Positions 19,773 to 32,441 of a stretch of DNA of 64,000 bases are shown here, piece by piece. The first letter of the stretch is position 1. Each line of letters starts with the position of its first letter. Source of the DNA: Patescibacteria group bacterium. Lineage in GTDB: Bacteria; Patescibacteriota; Minisyncoccia; CAIUEV01; JAHKAQ01. The DNA is taken from contig JAYEHH010000032.1 of NCBI GenBank assembly GCA_034716235.1, positions 370-64,369 on the forward strand. Direction: 5' to 3'. A program made the translations under genes and the position numbers. The notes below the pieces were generated by a model. It had not been told where the DNA came from, did not search any database, and saw nothing but the letters and a program-made list of their open reading frames with translations.

Positions 19773-20726
19773 CTATCCCCTTATTACTGCAAAAGTAATA
19801 TAGCTAATATAGGTGAGAATAAATATAGCTCCCTGCCATCTTTCTAGAGTACGCCTTTTCCCAATAAAAATAAAAATAAAAAGTAAAAAACTAGATAAAA
19901 TGACCATCCCCAAATCAACATTACTATTAGTCTGAAAAGCTAGAGGGGCTACGGTGGCACTAATTCCTAAAACCCATAAGAGATTAAAGATGTTGGAGCC
20001 AACAATATTACCAATAGCAATTTCAGCATTTTTTTTGTAAGCGGCTACTGCCGAAGTGGCTAGTTCCGGTAGAGAAGTACCAATGGCTACAATAGTTAAA
20101 CCAACCAAAGTCTTGCTTAACCCTAAAAGTTCAGCAAAATGAATAGCTCCATTAATAATCCACTTACCTCCAAGAGTTAGACCAACTAGGCCAATAACAA
20201 TAAAAATGATTGATTTAAGAGTACTAAATTCTTTTATGTTATTCTTGTCCTTCCCACCTATTTTGGCTATTCCAAAGGTATAATAAATAAAAATAATAAA
20301 AAGCACGAATAAAACTAACCCGTCAATTCTAGAAAGAACGGAAATCTCCATTTTATCAATTAATAAATCGTTAGCTAGGACACCTACTAGCAGAGCAGCC
20401 AGTAATGAAAAAGGTATTTCTTTCCAAACGGTATTTTTTTTGATAGCTAGGGGATAAATTAATGCTGAAACTCCTAAAATTAAAAGAACATTAGAGATAT
20501 TACTTCCAAAAACATTGGCGATGGCTAGTTCTGTTTCGCCGGATCCGGTAGCGAAAAGGTTAACCAGTAATTCTGGAGCAGAAGTTCCAAAGGAAACAAT
20601 AGTAAGCCCAATAACTATATTAGAAATTTTCAATTTTTTAGCAACAGAGGCTGATCCATCAACTAAAAGACCAGCACCTTTAATTAAAGCTACAAAGCCT
20701 AAAACGAAAAGAACAGTAATTAACAT
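19773..20726 (-). CDS. Ca2+/Na+ antiporter (CaCA family, YrbG-like)
   Basis: Two alpha-repeat signatures GTSAPEL and GTSLPEL; polytopic membrane protein. Confidence 0.85.
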   Translation of the reverse strand: MLITVLFVLGFVALIKGAGLLVDGSASVAKKLKISNIVIGLTIVSFGTSAPELLVNLFATGSGETELAIANVFGSNISNVLLILGVSALIYPLAIKKNTVWKEIPFSLLAALLVGVLANDLLIDKMEISVLSRIDGLVLFVLFIIFIYYTFGIAKIGGKDKNNIKEFSTLKSIIFIVIGLVGLTLGGKWIINGAIHFAELLGLSKTLVGLTIVAIGTSLPELATSAVAAYKKNAEIAIGNIVGSNIFNLLWVLGISATVAPLAFQTNSNVDLGMVILSSFLLFIFIFIGKRRTLERWQGAIFILTYISYITFAVIRG

Positions 20727-20949
20727 TCAGATATATTAAAAATTAGGTGTTTAATTATTATCTTTCTCCTAGGATTACTTTGATTTCTTTTTTCCATATT
20801 GATAAATATTAAAAACTAAAAAGCAAATTCTTTTTGCAAATTTATTGTTATTATACTACCGTTTACCTTTTTGTAAAATTTTAATTTTATTTTATTTTTA
20901 AAATCTGCTATGCTTTGAAAGGAAAAATTTAATTATTAAACTAAAATTT

Positions 20950-21219
20950 ATGGCTTATTCATTGGAAAATCCTAAGAGATTTAATAGGATACCCGATCAT
21001 ATTTTTGAGAGAATAGCATATAACGCTTTGAATATGATAGAGAAAGACAAAAAAGCCGAAGCCTTGAAAGTGTTAGAAGATGAAAAATTTAGAAAAAAAG
21101 CTACTCAATTCTGGGAAGGAAAATTTATTGGAGATGATTCAACAAAAGCCGAGATTGAATTGGCAAAGGGATTAAAAATAAGATTGGAAGAAGAGCTTAA
21201 AGACAATGATTTAACTTAA
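20950..21219 (+). CDS. Hypothetical small charged protein
   Basis: 89-aa ORF in an otherwise non-coding gap; no recognised motif. Confidence 0.35.
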   Translation: MAYSLENPKRFNRIPDHIFERIAYNALNMIEKDKKAEALKVLEDEKFRKKATQFWEGKFIGDDSTKAEIELAKGLKIRLEEELKDNDLT

Positions 21220-21243
21220 TAAAGATTATAGATATTTTTTAAA

Positions 21244-21290
21244 CTAAAAAAGCCCGCCTCACTATTTAAAAAAATAGATAAAGCGGACTT
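21244..21290. terminator. Possible bidirectional terminator: imperfect hairpin flanked by A6/T6 runs, between the small ORF and the 23S 3' end
   Basis: aaaaaaGCCCGCCTCACTATTT aaaaaa ATAGATAAAGCGGAC tttttt. The stem is imperfect. Confidence 0.3.
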
Positions 21291-21632
21291 TTTTCAATTC
21301 TCTAAAGTAATATAATCTCCGTAAATTAGCTAAAAACAAATTAATTGCGGTAAACGATCTATTAGTAATGCTTGGCTGAACGTGTTACCACGCTTACACC
21401 TACATCCTATCAACCTCGTCATCTTCGAGGAGATCTAAGCCTAATCTTGGGTTGGGCTTCGCGCTTATATGCTTTCAGCGCTTATCCACATCCGACTATA
21501 GCTACCCAGCAATGCCCTTGGTAGGGACAACTGGTACACCAGAGGTCGATTCATCCCGGTCCTCTCGTACTAGGGATGAGATCCCTCAAGCTTTCTCGCG
21601 CCTATGGAAGATAGGGACCAACCTGTTTTACA

Positions 21633-21664
<32 letters not shown>

Positions 21665-21679
21665 TTGGCGAACAGCCAA

Positions 21680-21726
<47 letters not shown>

Positions 21727-22364
21727 AGTAGCGAACAGCCTCGTCTATATGAGCTATCGGAGGCTACCACTCTGTTATCCCCGGGGTAACTTTTATCTGC
21801 TGAGCTTCCGCGATCCTACGATCCACGGTCGGATCACTAAATCCCGCTTTCGCGACTGCGCGACCTATAAGTCTTGCAGTAAAGCCGGCATCTGCTTTTG
21901 CGCTATCAGTCCGATTTCCATCCGGACCTAGCCGACCTTTGTGAACGACTCCGTTACAATTTGGGAGTCGAGCGCCCCACTCAAACTACCCACCAGACAC
22001 TGTTCCCGAGCTGGTGTTTAGTTACCTCTGGTAAATTTCACTGTTTCACATTTAATCAAGAAATCCCCAAAACATAGCTAAACATCAGCTCAAGGTTAGA
22101 ACTACACGATTCACAGGGTGGTATTTCACTGATGACTCCATCTATCCCAAAGGATAAATCTCAAAGTCTCCCACCTATACTGAGCAATAAATTGTATAGA
22201 TCAATGTCAAGCTGTAGTAAAGCTCCACGGGGTCTTTCCGTCTTTCCATAGGCAAACGGCATCTTTACCGCTACTGCAATTTCACCGGGTCCTTCGTTGA
22301 GACAGTCTCCAAGTCGTTACCCCATTCGTGCAGGTCTGAACTTACCAGACAAGGAAATTCGCTC

Positions 22365-22722
22365 TGTTTTGTTAATCTTTATGTCACCATAAAGCACGGA
22401 CTATATCTTTCCGCTAAATTTAAGTCAAAAAATTTAGGCGGATTCAGCGTTTAGTCTCTGAGGATTCTAAAAATCTTTTTTAGTCTTTCCTGCTGATTAT
22501 CTGGCACCTCGGATCTTTTCCGAGAATTACTGATAACTTTTTTACTTGGCATAGCTTTATAAAAATCTATGGAATAACTATACCATAGTAGTCTCAGATT
22601 TTCCAGATTTTCCAGCATATAGCTGAATGTTTTAGGACATCTTAATAATTTAAGATAGGCAGCGTTAATAATATAATTGTTCCAGTCCTTTTGGAATCTA
22701 AATATTAAATTCCAAAACCTTA
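22365..22722 (-). other. ~357-nt insertion in 23S between AAGGU and AGCGAAAUUCC (E. coli ~1917 region): candidate ORF-less group I intron or intervening sequence
   Basis: Core flanks align with E. coli 23S; the inserted sequence has no rRNA homology and contains internal repeats (cagattttccagattttccag) and hairpins. Confidence 0.5.
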
Positions 22723-22914
22723 GAACAATTATAGTTATTGCTGACGTTCACCGGGGCTTCAGAGATTGGCGTTAACCGCTCTCGTTAACCTTCCGGCACT
22801 GGTCAGGGGTCAGCCCCTATACATCCCCTTACGGGTTAGCAGGGACCTATGTTTTTGATAAACAGTCGCCCGGAGTCTTTAGCTGTGGCCGACGAATGTA
22901 CTGAATGGTGAATC

Positions 22915-23213
22915 CGAACTAGATAATTATCTGGTTCGGATTGTATGTGGGTTATTAATATTTTATTATGCTTTCTAACAAAGCGTTGCTAGGGTGCATA
23001 AAACGGTGACAATCGTCCAAAGTAGAAAGCCTATTAAAGGCATCTCTGCTAGGCCAATTGCCGTGCTCATCATCTTCTTTGTTCTTCCTTTCATATTGAT
23101 CCTCCTCCTCTAATTTCAATTTAAAAAACATAATTTACCCACACTTACCTTTTTTATTTTTTCTCCTTTCCTAAATCCATTTAGATTTCTTGGATTTAGA
23201 TTTTAAAGTTCAA
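22915..23213 (-). other. ~300-nt expansion of 23S helix 63 closed by a 15-bp inverted repeat (gtactgaatggtgaa / ttcaccattcagtac)
   Basis: Flanks align to E. coli 23S ~1700-1750; perfect inverted repeat at 22900-22915 and 23213-23229. Confidence 0.6.
22975..23094 (-). CDS. 39-aa hydrophobic peptide ORF (MKGRTKKMMSTAIGLAEMPLIGFLLWTIVTVLCTLATLC) inside the 23S helix-63 insertion, in rRNA sense, with GGAGGAGGA SD
   Basis: Manual translation of the minus strand: GGAGGAGGAtcaatATG...TAG. Basic N-terminus plus a single transmembrane-like segment, as in type I toxins. Confidence 0.3.
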   Translation of the reverse strand: MKGRTKKMMSTAIGLAEMPLIGFLLWTIVTVLCTLATLC

Positions 23214-24453
23214 TTCACCATTCAGTACACTGTCGGCAGGCCTTATCCCGAAGTTACGGCCGCTATTTTGCCGAGTTCCTTAACGAAGGTTCTCCCGTTC
23301 ACCTTGGGCTACTCGCCCTACCCACCTGTGTTGGTTTAAGTACGGATTAAACCTAAATATTTTCACAAAGCTTTTCCAGGAAGTCTATTCGCTCGAATCT
23401 GTTCCACTTGCGTTTCACATTTTTCCGCACCTTTTAAAAAGATGAAGAAACGTCAAACCATTAAGACGCTCAAGTTAGCTGACTTCGCACTTTGCTACAA
23501 CTTAGATTTAAGTCAAGGAATATTAACCTTGTGCCCATCGACTACGCTTTTCAGCCTCGCCTTAGGACCGACTAACCCTGGGCTGATTATCATCGCCCAG
23601 GAAACCTCAGGTTTTTGGTGGAAAGGAATCTAACCTTTCTTGCGGTTACTCATACCAACATTCTCTCTTCCATTAGCTCCACTAAAACTCACATTTTAGC
23701 TTCACAGCGCATGGAATGTTCTCCTACCCCGCCATACTCTAAAAAGAATATGACAGCCATAGTTTCGGTACTATGTTTGAGCCCCATTATATCTTCGGCG
23801 CGGAACGACTAGACTAGTGAGCTGTTACGCACTCTTTAAAGGAATGGCTGCTTCTAAGCCAACCTTCTAGCTGTTTAAGAAGTTCTACATCCTTTTCCAC
23901 TTAACATAGATTAGGGACCTTAACTAATGGTCTGGGCTGTTTCCCTTTCGTAAATGAAGCTTAGCCCCCACTTACTGACTCGTTAGACTTGTATATTGGA
24001 ATTCGGAGTTTGGTTGAGTGCCCTAGACAAAAGTCATGGATACTCATTCAGTGCTCTACCTCCAATACCAACTATCTAACGGCTATACCTAGATATATTT
24101 CGGAGAAAACCAGCTATCGCCGAGTTCGATTAGCATTTCACCTCTAACCACAGCTCATCCCAGCGTGTTGAACGGCGCTTGGGTGCGGACCTCCACCGCT
24201 TTTTAAGGCGGCTTCATCCTGGCCATGGCTAGCTCACTCGGCTTCGGGTCTGACCCTAACGACAGGGGGCGCCACTTAAGACTCGCTTTCGCTGCGGCTC
24301 TTCCGCCTAGACGGATTAACCAAGCCGTTAAAATCAACTCGTTGGTTCGTTCTGCAAAAAGCACGCGGTCACCGGCTCAAAAAAAACTTGAGCGGGCTCC
24401 CACTCGTTGTAAGCACACGGTTTCAGAAACTATTTCACTTCCCTTTCGGGATA

Positions 24454-24495
<42 letters not shown>

Positions 24496-25401
24496 AAAGT
24501 GTATTTAGTCTTACCGGGTTAGTACCGGCAAATTCACCTGGAATTTCTCTAGTTCCAGGCTACTCAAGATAAAATAACTCAGAGTGATTAATTGTTTTCG
24601 CCTACAGGACTTTTACCTTCTAAGGTAAGCCTTTCCAGGCATTTTTGGCTAACAACTAATGCTTTTTACTCTGCCAATACTAAAAGTTGTAAAAGCACAA
24701 TAAAATTATACTTTTACAATTTCAGTTCGGACGCTATTGAACTTATTACCCTCAGTAAAAACTGAGTTTGGACTTTTCCCCGTTCGCTCGCCGCTACTTA
24801 GGGAATAACTATTGTTGTTTTTTCCTTCGGCTACTAAGATGTTTCAATTCGCCGAGTATGCTTTTTACTCCTATGTATTCAGAGTAAAATTCTATTCAAA
24901 AATGAATAGAGGGTTTCCCCATTCGGAAATTCCCGGATCAAAGCTTGCTTGACAGCTCCCCGAGACTTTTCGCAGCCTGCTACGCCCTTCATCGCCACTT
25001 TGTACCAAGGCATCCACCATATGCTCTTATAACCACAATTTATTAGTGTTTTTAGCTAATTCACAAAGATTATTTGTAAATTAATTGCAATCACTTAAAT
25101 ACCATTTTGCCTAATAATTGTTTTTAACCACAATCTCCAAACAACTATTATTAAAATAAATTGTTAAAGTCCATTATGTGGCCTAAAAGGTAGTTTTTAA
25201 AAATAAAAACCGCTTTTCAAGCCGCTAATTCTTTAAAATAAATTAGACCCAAAAACTAGCCAAGGAACAGCTCTTAATAAATTCTCAATAAAATAATACT
25301 ATAAAAATTATTATAGCAATAAATAAGTTAGTGTCAACTGAATGTAAACCAACCTCTAATCTCTAAATTAATAAATAGACAATTCAGAGCTTATAATTTC
25401 T

Positions 25402-25836
25402 TTATCCTCTCCGCCTCTTCTTCAACACCTTAAGCTTAACAAGCTCTTTTTTTAATCTAGCCTCCGCTTCAACGGTAGCAACTTTAGAAATATTTTCTTT
25501 ATTTTTCAAAGCCTCTTCGGCTTCTGCCTTAGCTTTTAAAATTAATTTTTCGCTCATCTCTTCAACCCTATCAGCCGAGTTGGCAAAGATACTCACTTCG
25601 TCATTATCTACCTCTACGAATCCTTCCGTGGTAACCAAAAATGATTTTTCACCCCCGGCTTTCTTTTTTAGGTAAATTTCCCCAAGGCTAATAACCCCCA
25701 CTAACGATTCATGCCCGGGCAGAATGGTAATCTGACCTACCGTGGTTGGAAGAGTTATTTGACTTATTTCTTCACTGTAAACTACTTTTTCTGGAGTAAC
25801 TATTTTAAACTGGATTGTCTTTGAATCTTCAGACAT
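25402..25836 (-). CDS. atpC: F1 ATP synthase epsilon subunit
   Basis: Position after atpD; N-terminal beta-sandwich pattern (..TPEKVVYSEEISQITLPTTVGQITILPGH..). Confidence 0.85.
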   Translation of the reverse strand: MSEDSKTIQFKIVTPEKVVYSEEISQITLPTTVGQITILPGHESLVGVISLGEIYLKKKAGGEKSFLVTTEGFVEVDNDEVSIFANSADRVEEMSEKLILKAKAEAEEALKNKENISKVATVEAEARLKKELVKLKVLKKRRRG

Positions 25837-25865
25837 AAAAATTTAAAATTATAGAAAATTTAAAA

Positions 25866-27485
<1,620 letters not shown>

Positions 27486-27489
<4 letters not shown>

Positions 27490-28457
27490 TCCAAGGCTAC
27501 CATACCTCCGCTAATTTCTGCCAATTCTGAAGTAATAGCTGCCTGCCTAGCTTGGTTATATTGTAAATTAAAATTATAAATCATGTCGGTGGCTGTATCG
27601 CTAGCATTTTTCATGGTGAGCATTCTCGCTGAAAATTCAGAAGCCTGAGACTCTAGGAAGGCTTGATAAATCTGACCTCCTACTATTTTAGGTAAAATAA
27701 TATCTAAAATCTTTCTTCGGCTTGGCTCAAAGGTGTAATATTTTTGGCTTACTTCCTTTCTAACTTCTTCCATTCCTCCTTTTTCTGGGCCCTCGTCACC
27801 CAATTCTTCCAATTGTTTCTCTAAATCCTTTCTTGAAATTGGAAGAACTTGCCTTAAACGAGGTTTATTGGATACCGTTGAAATAAAATCGGTATAAGCT
27901 ACGATAACTTTATCATATTTTTTTTCGATATAACCATCAATGGCTATTTTAGCAACTGGGTCTAAATCACCAAGGGATGATTGTTCGTTTAACTCGGTAA
28001 AAGAAGCGGTTAAATTTTGACGAGCCTTTAGCATTTCTTCTTGTCCCTTTTTCCCTACGGCGATTATGTCAATCTCCGCCTCGGCAATATCAATTCTTGG
28101 CAAAAACTTTTTCCCCCAAATTCTGTTAACCATCATATTGTAAGGATCTTTAATGTTGGAAAGAACCTTACGGGTTAATTGATAATTTAACCCTCCACAC
28201 AATCCTTTATTGGAAGTAATCAAGATTATGCAAATTTTTCTAGCATCACGAAGTACTAAAAGAGGATGAGCCGTTTTTACCGATTCTGTTATTCTAGTTA
28301 AAATCTCCCAAGCTGTTTGACTATATTCACGCGTAGATACGGCATGGTCAATAATCCGCTTCATTTTTGAAGCAGCTATCATTTCCATCGCCTTAGTAAT
28401 CTTCTTGGTGCTTTTAATTGATTTTAATCTAGCGCGTAATTGCTTGGTATTAGCCAT
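27486..28457 (-). CDS. atpG: F1 ATP synthase gamma subunit
   Basis: MANTKQLRARLKSIKSTKKITKAMEMIAASKMKR N-terminus and C-terminal ...QARQAAITSELAEI typical of gamma. Confidence 0.9.
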
Positions 28458-28496
28458 TATAGGAATGTCTATTGTTAAACTCTTCGTTTGATAAAA

Positions 28497-30041
28497 TTAA
28501 TCTTTACTCTTTTGAGGCGCTGTCATGTCCCCTTCTTTAACTTGGCTTTTTACAAAATCTGCTAAAACTTCCTTAATTTTCTGGTGGCTTTTATCATCTA
28601 AGATTCCTTCTTTCTCTATCTTTTCAATAACTTTATTCAACTTTATTTCAGCAATTTCTAGCCATTGTTTTTCATACTCTTTTACTTTATCTACCTTGAT
28701 TTTATCAAAAGCTCCTTCATTGGTTGCTAAAACGGAAAGCATTTGATGAGACATCTTCATACCATCGCCTTGGTCCTGCTTAATAATTTCCGTTAGTCGT
28801 TTTCCTCTTCTGATTTGCTTCTTGGTAGTTTTATCTAGATCTGAAGAAAATTCAGCAAAGGTTGCCATTTCTCGAAATTGAGCTAAATCCAAACGCATTT
28901 TACCAGCCACTGTTTTAACTGCTTTAGTTTGAGCAGCTGATCCTACCCTAGACACAGAGAGACCAATATTAATTGCCGGCTTAATCCCTTGATGAAAAAG
29001 ATCCGATTCTAAATAAATCTGTCCATCCGTGATAGAAATTACATTAGTAGGAATATAGGCAGAAACATCACCCGCCTGAGTTTCAATGATGGGTAGGGCA
29101 GTCAAGGTGCCACCTCCACTTTTCTCTCCTAGACAAGCAGCTCGTTCTAATAATCTGGAATGGATATAGAAAATATCTCCCGGGTAAGCTTCTCTTCCCG
29201 GTGGCCTTCTTAATAAAAGAGAAATTTGACGATAGCTCCAGGCGTGCTTGCTTAAATCATCATAAACAATCAAAACATCCTTGCCTTGATCCATAAAATA
29301 CTCTCCAATAGCACAACCAGCGTAAGGAGCAATATAAGAAAGGGCTGCTGGCTCAGAAGATCCAGCCAAAACAATAATCGTATGTTTTAAAGCGTCTTTC
29401 TTCTCTAGTTCAGCCACGATTCTAGCCACTTTTGATTTTTTCTGACCGATAGCTACATAGATACAGATACAATTTTGTCCCTTTTGATTAATAATTGCAT
29501 CAATAGCAATGGTTGTTTTCCCCGTTTGTCTATCTCCAATTATTAATTCTCTTTGTCCTCTACCAATAGGAATCATTAAATCAATGGCTTTAATACCAGT
29601 TTGCAAAGGAGCAGTAACCGGTTTTCTGGCAATAACGCCCGGAGCAATTTTTTCAACAGGATAAAATGTTTTACTGGTAATTTCTTCTTTATTATCCAGA
29701 GGACGACCCAAGGGATTAACCACCCTGCCAATCATTTTGTTGCTCACTGGAATTGATAAGACCTTGCCGGTAGATTTAACAATATCTCCAGCTTTAATTT
29801 TGGAAGAATCACCTAGAATAATTGCCCCCACATTGTCTTCCTTCAAATTTAAAACAACTCCATAGATATCATTTCCAAAATCTAAGAGTTCCGAATTCAT
29901 TGCCTCAGGCAACCCAGAAATGACAGCTACTCCATCTCCTATCTCTACAATTTCACCGATTGCCTCAGCCGTTGTCTCTGTTTTTAACTGGCTAATTTCT
30001 TTTTTTAAAAACTCAATGATTTGATCTTTTTGAGAAGCCAT
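28497..30041 (-). CDS. atpA: F1 ATP synthase alpha subunit
   Basis: Walker [12 protein letters not shown]; 514 aa. Confidence 0.95.
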   Translation of the reverse strand: MASQKDQIIEFLKKEISQLKTETTAEAIGEIVEIGDGVAVISGLPEAMNSELLDFGNDIYGVVLNLKEDNVGAIILGDSSKIKAGDIVKSTGKVLSIPVSNKMIGRVVNPLGRPLDNKEEITSKTFYPVEKIAPGVIARKPVTAPLQTGIKAIDLMIPIGRGQRELIIGDRQTGKTTIAIDAIINQKGQNCICIYVAIGQKKSKVARIVAELEKKDALKHTIIVLAGSSEPAALSYIAPYAGCAIGEYFMDQGKDVLIVYDDLSKHAWSYRQISLLLRRPPGREAYPGDIFYIHSRLLERAACLGEKSGGGTLTALPIIETQAGDVSAYIPTNVISITDGQIYLESDLFHQGIKPAINIGLSVSRVGSAAQTKAVKTVAGKMRLDLAQFREMATFAEFSSDLDKTTKKQIRRGKRLTEIIKQDQGDGMKMSHQMLSVLATNEGAFDKIKVDKVKEYEKQWLEIAEIKLNKVIEKIEKEGILDDKSHQKIKEVLADFVKSQVKEGDMTAPQKSKD

Positions 30042-30077
30042 ATTCTAATTTAAACTATTTAAAATTTCCGTTTGCTC

Positions 30078-30482
30078 TTAATTATTTCTTAAATTTTCTT
30101 TAAGTTTTTTAAGAACGGAAGAAATTGATGAATCTATTAAATGATGTCGAAAAATAAGTTTTGTTCCTCCTAGCAACTTGGAATCTTTCTTGGAACTAAC
30201 CAGTATTTGTTGCTGAGGATTTCTTGTTTGAATGATCTTTTCAATTTTTTCCTTTGGATTCAAGCCTGCATATTTTACAAAAGCTTTTAGAGAAAAATTC
30301 TCGTTTGATGAATAGTATTCCTCAACATAATTGATTATAAATTGTAAATTTTTCAACTGATGGTGTTTTCTTAAAAGATCTATAAAATTCCTACTTATTT
30401 TTTCCGTTGCCATTTTTTCTCTAGATGATTCTTCAACTAATTCGCATAAAGCAACAGCATATTTTCTAGCGGTAATGGTCAT
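30078..30482 (-). CDS. atpH: F1 ATP synthase delta subunit (OSCP), short
   Basis: Position between atpF and atpA; 134 aa. Start overlaps the atpF stop. Confidence 0.6.
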   Translation of the reverse strand: MTITARKYAVALCELVEESSREKMATEKISRNFIDLLRKHHQLKNLQFIINYVEEYYSSNENFSLKAFVKYAGLNPKEKIEKIIQTRNPQQQILVSSKKDSKLLGGTKLIFRHHLIDSSISSVLKKLKENLRNN

Positions 30483-30988
30483 GAGCCTATTTTATGATTA
30501 ACAGAATCTATTAATTCTTGATCTAGTTTTTTCCGATCAACATCTTGTAAATTTCTTTGAATAACTTTTTCTGACAAAGTTATTACTAGCTCTCCCAATT
30601 CTTTTTTAGCTTCGTCAATTAAACCTTTTCTCTCTTGTTTAACCATTTCCTTGGCCTCTTTTTTAATTTCTTCAGATTCCGCAATAGCTTCTCGTCTTAT
30701 TCTCTCCCTGTCTTTATCCATTTGGATTTTAGTATCTTTAATAATTTGAGTAGCTTCTTTTTCCGATTGAGTAATTTTTTTCTCAATCTCTAAACGTACA
30801 TTTTCCATTCTTTTATTTATGGCATCCGCTTCCCTCAAACTTTTCTTAATTTTCTTTCTTCTTTTTTCCAAAACATTAAGAATTGGTTTATAGAGAAAAT
30901 AGTAAAGGATAGCCAATAAAAGAGAGAAATTAATAATTTGGGCAATAAGAATTTTCCAGTCGATCCCTAATTTTTCTATTAGTTCCAT
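30479..30988 (-). CDS. atpF: Fo ATP synthase subunit b
   Basis: N-terminal transmembrane segment then a long charged coiled-coil; operon position. Confidence 0.8.
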   Translation of the reverse strand: MELIEKLGIDWKILIAQIINFSLLLAILYYFLYKPILNVLEKRRKKIKKSLREADAINKRMENVRLEIEKKITQSEKEATQIIKDTKIQMDKDRERIRREAIAESEEIKKEAKEMVKQERKGLIDEAKKELGELVITLSEKVIQRNLQDVDRKKLDQELIDSVNHKIGS

Positions 30989-31069
30989 ACTTTAAAATAA
31001 TTAAATACAAGCGGTAGTAGCGAGCTCGAAACTCGCTACTACTTAGGATTTTACTTAATTTGTTTTACC

Positions 31070-31321
31070 TTAAACAAATTTAATGATAAGGGCTACCACT
31101 AAAGCGTAAATTGCGATTGCCTCTGCAAAAGCGATAGCTAGAATCATAGCTCCTTGAATTTTAGAAGCTGCCTCAGGATTTCTGCCAATTGCTTTCATAG
31201 CCTGTTGTGCTAAAAATCCAATAGCAATTGATGGGGCAACTCCTCCAAGCGCTATGGCTAGGGCGCTAGCTAGGTCTTTCATCTGAAATCCTGTTTCTAC
31301 TACTTGTTTTGCTTCTTCCAT
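31070..31321 (-). CDS. atpE: Fo ATP synthase subunit c
   Basis: 83-aa two-helix proteolipid with GxGxGxG-like glycine-rich helix 1 and the conserved acidic residue in helix 2 ([12 protein letters not shown]). Confidence 0.9.
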   Translation of the reverse strand: MEEAKQVVETGFQMKDLASALAIALGGVAPSIAIGFLAQQAMKAIGRNPEAASKIQGAMILAIAFAEAIAIYALVVALIIKFV

Positions 31322-31366
31322 TGTAGCTTAAATTAATAATTATTTATTTAATAATACATCTTATGC

Positions 31367-32110
31367 TTATGCTTGGGAATGAGCCTCAGTGGCCATTTTA
31401 ATAAAGACCAAAGAAAGCATGGTAAATACCAAAGCTTGAATAAAGCCTACAAAAATTTCTAATCCGTAAAAGGGTAAGGGGGCAATATAAGGAGCTAACA
31501 TAGTCATTACTACCAATAAAACTTCTCCGGCGAAAACATTGCCAAAAAGTCGAAAACTGAAAGAAATAATTTTAGCAGTTTCACCAACTATCTCTAAAAT
31601 TCCTACAAAAAAATTAACCGGATTTGAGAAATCAAAGAATTTTTTTAAGTAACTAAAGGTTCCCAGGCTAAACATACCGAATATTTGAGCTAAAAGGACT
31701 GAAATAATTGCCCAGCTTAAAGTGGCATTCAGATCTGAATTGACACTTCGAAAAATTGGCACAAAGACTTCATGGCCATTCTCAATTTCGTTGAAACCAA
31801 TTGAGCCTATCCCCGGTAAAAGTCCAAACCAGTTAGAAATGATTATAAAAATAAAAAGAGTAGCCAATAGAGGAAAATATTTTTTAGTTTTTTTTCTATC
31901 TTGCCAAACTGTATTGAAAAAATTAAAAAGCCCTTCAATAATGAGCTCTAATAAGTTTTGGATACCATGAGGGACTGTTTTTATTTTTCTGGTTCCGAAA
32001 TAAGCCAAGAGGGCTAATAAAATTACCACTATCCAGCTGGTAAGTAAGGTATTGGTTATAGGAAATCCTCCTAACTCAAATAATTTTTCGGCTGATAAAG
32101 AAATATGCAT
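31367..32110 (-). CDS. atpB: Fo ATP synthase subunit a
   Basis: Polytopic membrane protein with the conserved Arg-containing helix (SFSFRLFGNVFAGEVLL). Confidence 0.9.
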   Translation of the reverse strand: MHISLSAEKLFELGGFPITNTLLTSWIVVILLALLAYFGTRKIKTVPHGIQNLLELIIEGLFNFFNTVWQDRKKTKKYFPLLATLFIFIIISNWFGLLPGIGSIGFNEIENGHEVFVPIFRSVNSDLNATLSWAIISVLLAQIFGMFSLGTFSYLKKFFDFSNPVNFFVGILEIVGETAKIISFSFRLFGNVFAGEVLLVVMTMLAPYIAPLPFYGLEIFVGFIQALVFTMLSLVFIKMATEAHSQA

Positions 32111-32195
32111 CGGGCTTGAAGACTAAAAAGTTTTAATAAAAAACCTCGCGTTCTATTTGGCCACGCACTATCGTAAAAATCCTCGTTATTAAAAT

Positions 32196-32435
32196 TTATT
32201 CAAAATATTTTCTAAGTTTTACCACTAAAAAAATGCTTGAAAAGATAATTGCTAAAAGGACTAATAATAAAAGTAAGAACGGTTCTGAATTAAATCTATT
32301 GTCTAACCATCTACCCAGCACTACCGCTCCAACTAATGGTATAACTATAACATAGCCCAAAATAAACGCAACTTCCGAAATTCCTATTTCTCCAAGCTTG
32401 TCTTCCGTTTTCTTTTTATTGTTGGAAATTTTCAT
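32196..32435 (-). CDS. AtpZ/AtpI-like small membrane protein preceding atpB
   Basis: 79 aa with two transmembrane segments; operon position. Confidence 0.45.
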   Translation of the reverse strand: MKISNNKKKTEDKLGEIGISEVAFILGYVIVIPLVGAVVLGRWLDNRFNSEPFLLLLLVLLAIIFSSIFLVVKLRKYFE

Positions 32436-32441
32436 TAAAAT

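Noticed and set aside
25180-25230. Possible intrinsic terminator after atpC (gcggcttgaaaagcggttttt on the minus strand)
   Set aside because: Only a 4-bp stem can be drawn, too weak to call. This is relevant to whether atp and 23S are co-transcribed, but not supported as a terminator.
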